Source of the DNA: Eledone cirrhosa | Taxonomy: Eukaryota | Length of the DNA: 64,000 nucleotides | NCBI GenBank assembly: GCA_964016885.1 | Contig: OZ024764.1 | Coordinates: 6,138,001-6,202,000 of the forward strand | Direction: 5' to 3' | In this document: in pieces, positions 61,345 to 64,000 of the stretch | How positions within the stretch are numbered: position 1 is the first letter of the stretch | Layout: each line of letters begins with the position of its first letter | Notes under the pieces: model-generated | What the model was told of the DNA's origin: nothing | Database searches by the model: none | Seen by the model: the letters and a program-made list of their open reading frames with translations, nothing else | Program-made: the position numbers and the translations under genes

Positions 61345-62375
61345 TGTTTGTGATATTGTGCTGGTGTGGTGGTTTGTTGTGTAGTGGTGTAGTAGTGTAG
61401 TGTTGTGGTGGTGTGGTGGTGTTTTGTGTAGTGGTGTGGTGATGTGTTGTGTAGTAGTGTAGTGGTGTGTTGTTTAGTAGTGTAGTGTTGTGTAGTGGTG
61501 TAGTGGTGTAGTGTTGTAGTGATGCTGTGGTGGTGTAGTGTATGATGGTGTTTTGTGTAGTGGTGTGGTGGTGTGGTGTTGTGGTGTGTGGTGTGGTGTG
61601 GTGTGGTAGTAACGGTGATGGTGTAGTGGTGTGTATGGTGTATATATTTATATATATATATGTGTGTGTGGCTGGTGTGTATGGTGTATATATGTGTATA
61701 TATGTGAGAGTATGGTGTGTATATATGTGTGTGGTGTATATATATGTGTGTGTATATATGTGAGAGTATGGTGTGTATATATGTGTGGTGTATATATATG
61801 TGTGTGTATATATGTGAGTGTATGGTGTGTATATATGTGTGTGTGAGTGTATGGTGTGTATGTATGCGTATGTGTGTGTGTGTATGGTGTGTGTGTGTAC
61901 GGTGTATTGTGTGTGTGTGGTGTATGGTGTGTGTGTATGGTGTATTGTGTGTGTGTGGTGTGTGTGTAGGTTGTGGGTGAGTGTATGGTGTGGGTGAGTG
62001 TATGGTGTGGGTGAGTGTATGGTGTGTGTGTGTGTAGGTTGTGTGTGTGTGAGTGTGTGTATGTGTAGGGTGTATGGTGTATTGTGTGTGTGTGGTGTAT
62101 TGTGTGTGTGTGTAGGGTGTATGGTGTATTGTGTGTGTGTGTGTGTGTAGGGTGTATGGTGTATTGTGTGTGTGTTGTGTGTGTGTGTAGGGTGTATGGT
62201 GTATTGTGTGTGTGTGGTGTATGGTGTATTGTGTGTGTATGGTGTGTGTGTGGTGTATGGTGTATTGTGTGTGTATGGTTGTGTGTGTGTGTAGGTTGTG
62301 TGTGTGTGTGAGTGTATGGTGTGTGTGTGTGTAGGGTGTGTGTAGGGTGTGTGTGTGTGTGTTATGTGATGGTGT
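61345..62375. repeat. GT-rich low-complexity tract (GTAGT/GTGTG/GTATG)
   Basis: Direct reading. Confidence 0.9.
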
Positions 62376-62906
62376 TGTAGTCCAAGTGGCTAATTATGTC
62401 CAGTTAACGAGATCAACAGGTCATGTGTCTGATATACCATAATTAGGGTGGAGATAGTTGAGACAAGGTTGAGGAAGTCCTACTGTGGTGGGGGGAGGGG
62501 GTAGTGGTGGTGATGGTAGTCGTTATGTTGATGATGGTGGTGGTGGTGGTGGTGGTGGTAGTGGTGATGTTGATGGTGGTGGTGGTGGAGTAGTGGGGGG
62601 TGGGTGGGAGTAGTGATGGTGGTGGTAGTGTGTAGTGGTTGGAGTGTACTGGTGGAGGTCAGGTAGGTGGTTGTTGTGGTGTGGTGGAGTGTGGAGGGGT
62701 AGTGTGGTGGTGTACTGGTGAGGTAGGGGTGGTGTGGTGTGTTTCTAATGGTGGTTGCCTGAAATTTCTTTAGTCACATATATATATATATAGACTAAAG
62801 ACATTTTAGCCTGATAGTGGGGCTTAAAACCCTCTAAAAACATGAAAAAGGATGAGTATTGACGTCAAAACTCATCCTTTTCCAGGCTAAATATGGCCGA
62901 AGCTTC

Positions 62907-63195
62907 ATCATCATCATCATCACCGTTTTACGTCCGTTCTTCCACGCTAGCATGGGTCTGACGGGTTGTCCTGTTGTGGGCAGTGTCTGGTCGGCTGACC
63001 ATGCCTTGCTCATACAGGAACTGATCTGGCTTGATTTCTACAGCTGGATGCCCTTCCTAACACCAACCTCATTTACAGTGAGTGCTGGGTGCTTTTTCGT
63101 GGCGCCTACACGTCCACTTTACAGTGTGGGCTGGGTGCTTTTTTGCCGGGGCACCTCCACGACCACCTTGCGGTGGGGGGTGTGGGGGCATATTG
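62907..63195 (-). mobile_element. 5'-truncated RTE copy (3' UTR only)
   Basis: Near-identical to 55328-55619. Confidence 0.9.
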
Positions 63196-63197
63196 TA

Positions 63198-63936
63198 TCT
63201 ATCTATATACTACTAAAACTCTGTGATTGCTTGCTTGCTTGTCTGTAATGTGATACAACCAAAAGGGCACATAATGGGAAAATACTTTGATAGGAAGTTG
63301 ACCCTGGAATGGGAATACAAATGGAATAAAACAAGTTTTGCGTAAATTGGAGCCCGGGTTCCCAAGATATGGGGTTTTTCCGGGTAACTTCATAAACAGA
63401 GAGAGTGAAGGATAAAGAGAAAGAGATAGTGGTTGTGAGAGAGTAGATTGAAAGAGAGACATAGAGAGAGGGAGAGGAGACAGAGAAGCAGAATGGAAGA
63501 GAGAGAGAGAGAGCTGGTGGTGGTGTTGTGTGTATATATATATATAAGTGTGTGTATGTCTATGACCAGTGTTTATATATCACAGACACCCACATATATA
63601 TATACACATACACACACATATAAATATATATATACACATACACACACACACATATATATGTATATACATATATATATACATATATATATGAGTGTGTGAC
63701 TATGACCAGTGTATATAGATCACATACACACACATATATATATATATATACACACACACATATATATATATGTATATACACACACACATATATATATATA
63801 TAGGCCTTCTAGTTTCATTTCACATTATATACATGTCTGTGTATATTTTAATTATTTAAAAATTATTTTTAACTGAACATGATTTATAAAATATATTATG
63901 AAGTGAACATGACCCAACGGTTCACGGGTGGTCTAG
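63198..63936 (+). mobile_element. Non-autonomous Helitron, paralog of 33759-34852
   Basis: TCTATCTATATACTACTAAAAC ... GACCCAACGGTTCACGGGTGGTCTAG|T. Confidence 0.75.
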
Positions 63937-64000
63937 TTTCTACTAAATTTCAAACTTTGCTCGCTGTCTCAAAAACAAATTTACTTATATCATCATCATC

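Overview
Eukaryotic (animal) repeat-saturated non-coding DNA. The SINE, MITE and RTE families and the microsatellite load resemble an octopus or coleoid cephalopod genome; this is inference from recalled repeat families, not a search. No intact protein-coding gene is visible, and nearly all ORFs in the track are translations of simple or tandem repeats. Contents: a ~20.5-kb 50-bp satellite (~410 copies, with higher-order duplications), about ten further minisatellite arrays (36-218 bp units), a near full-length but inactivated RTE LINE with a PHD-like finger, and fragments of CRE, Tx1, Penelope (GIY-YIG) and Tc1/mariner elements. There are also two tRNA-derived SINE families, non-autonomous Helitrons, TTAA-flanked MITEs, a minimal hammerhead ribozyme motif and one or two candidate host exons (one RUN-domain-like). 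The main pattern is that most minisatellite arrays lie inside mobile elements, several are demonstrably amplified from a segment of their host, and many monomers carry hairpins. For some, the unamplified single-copy parent is present elsewhere in the same window.
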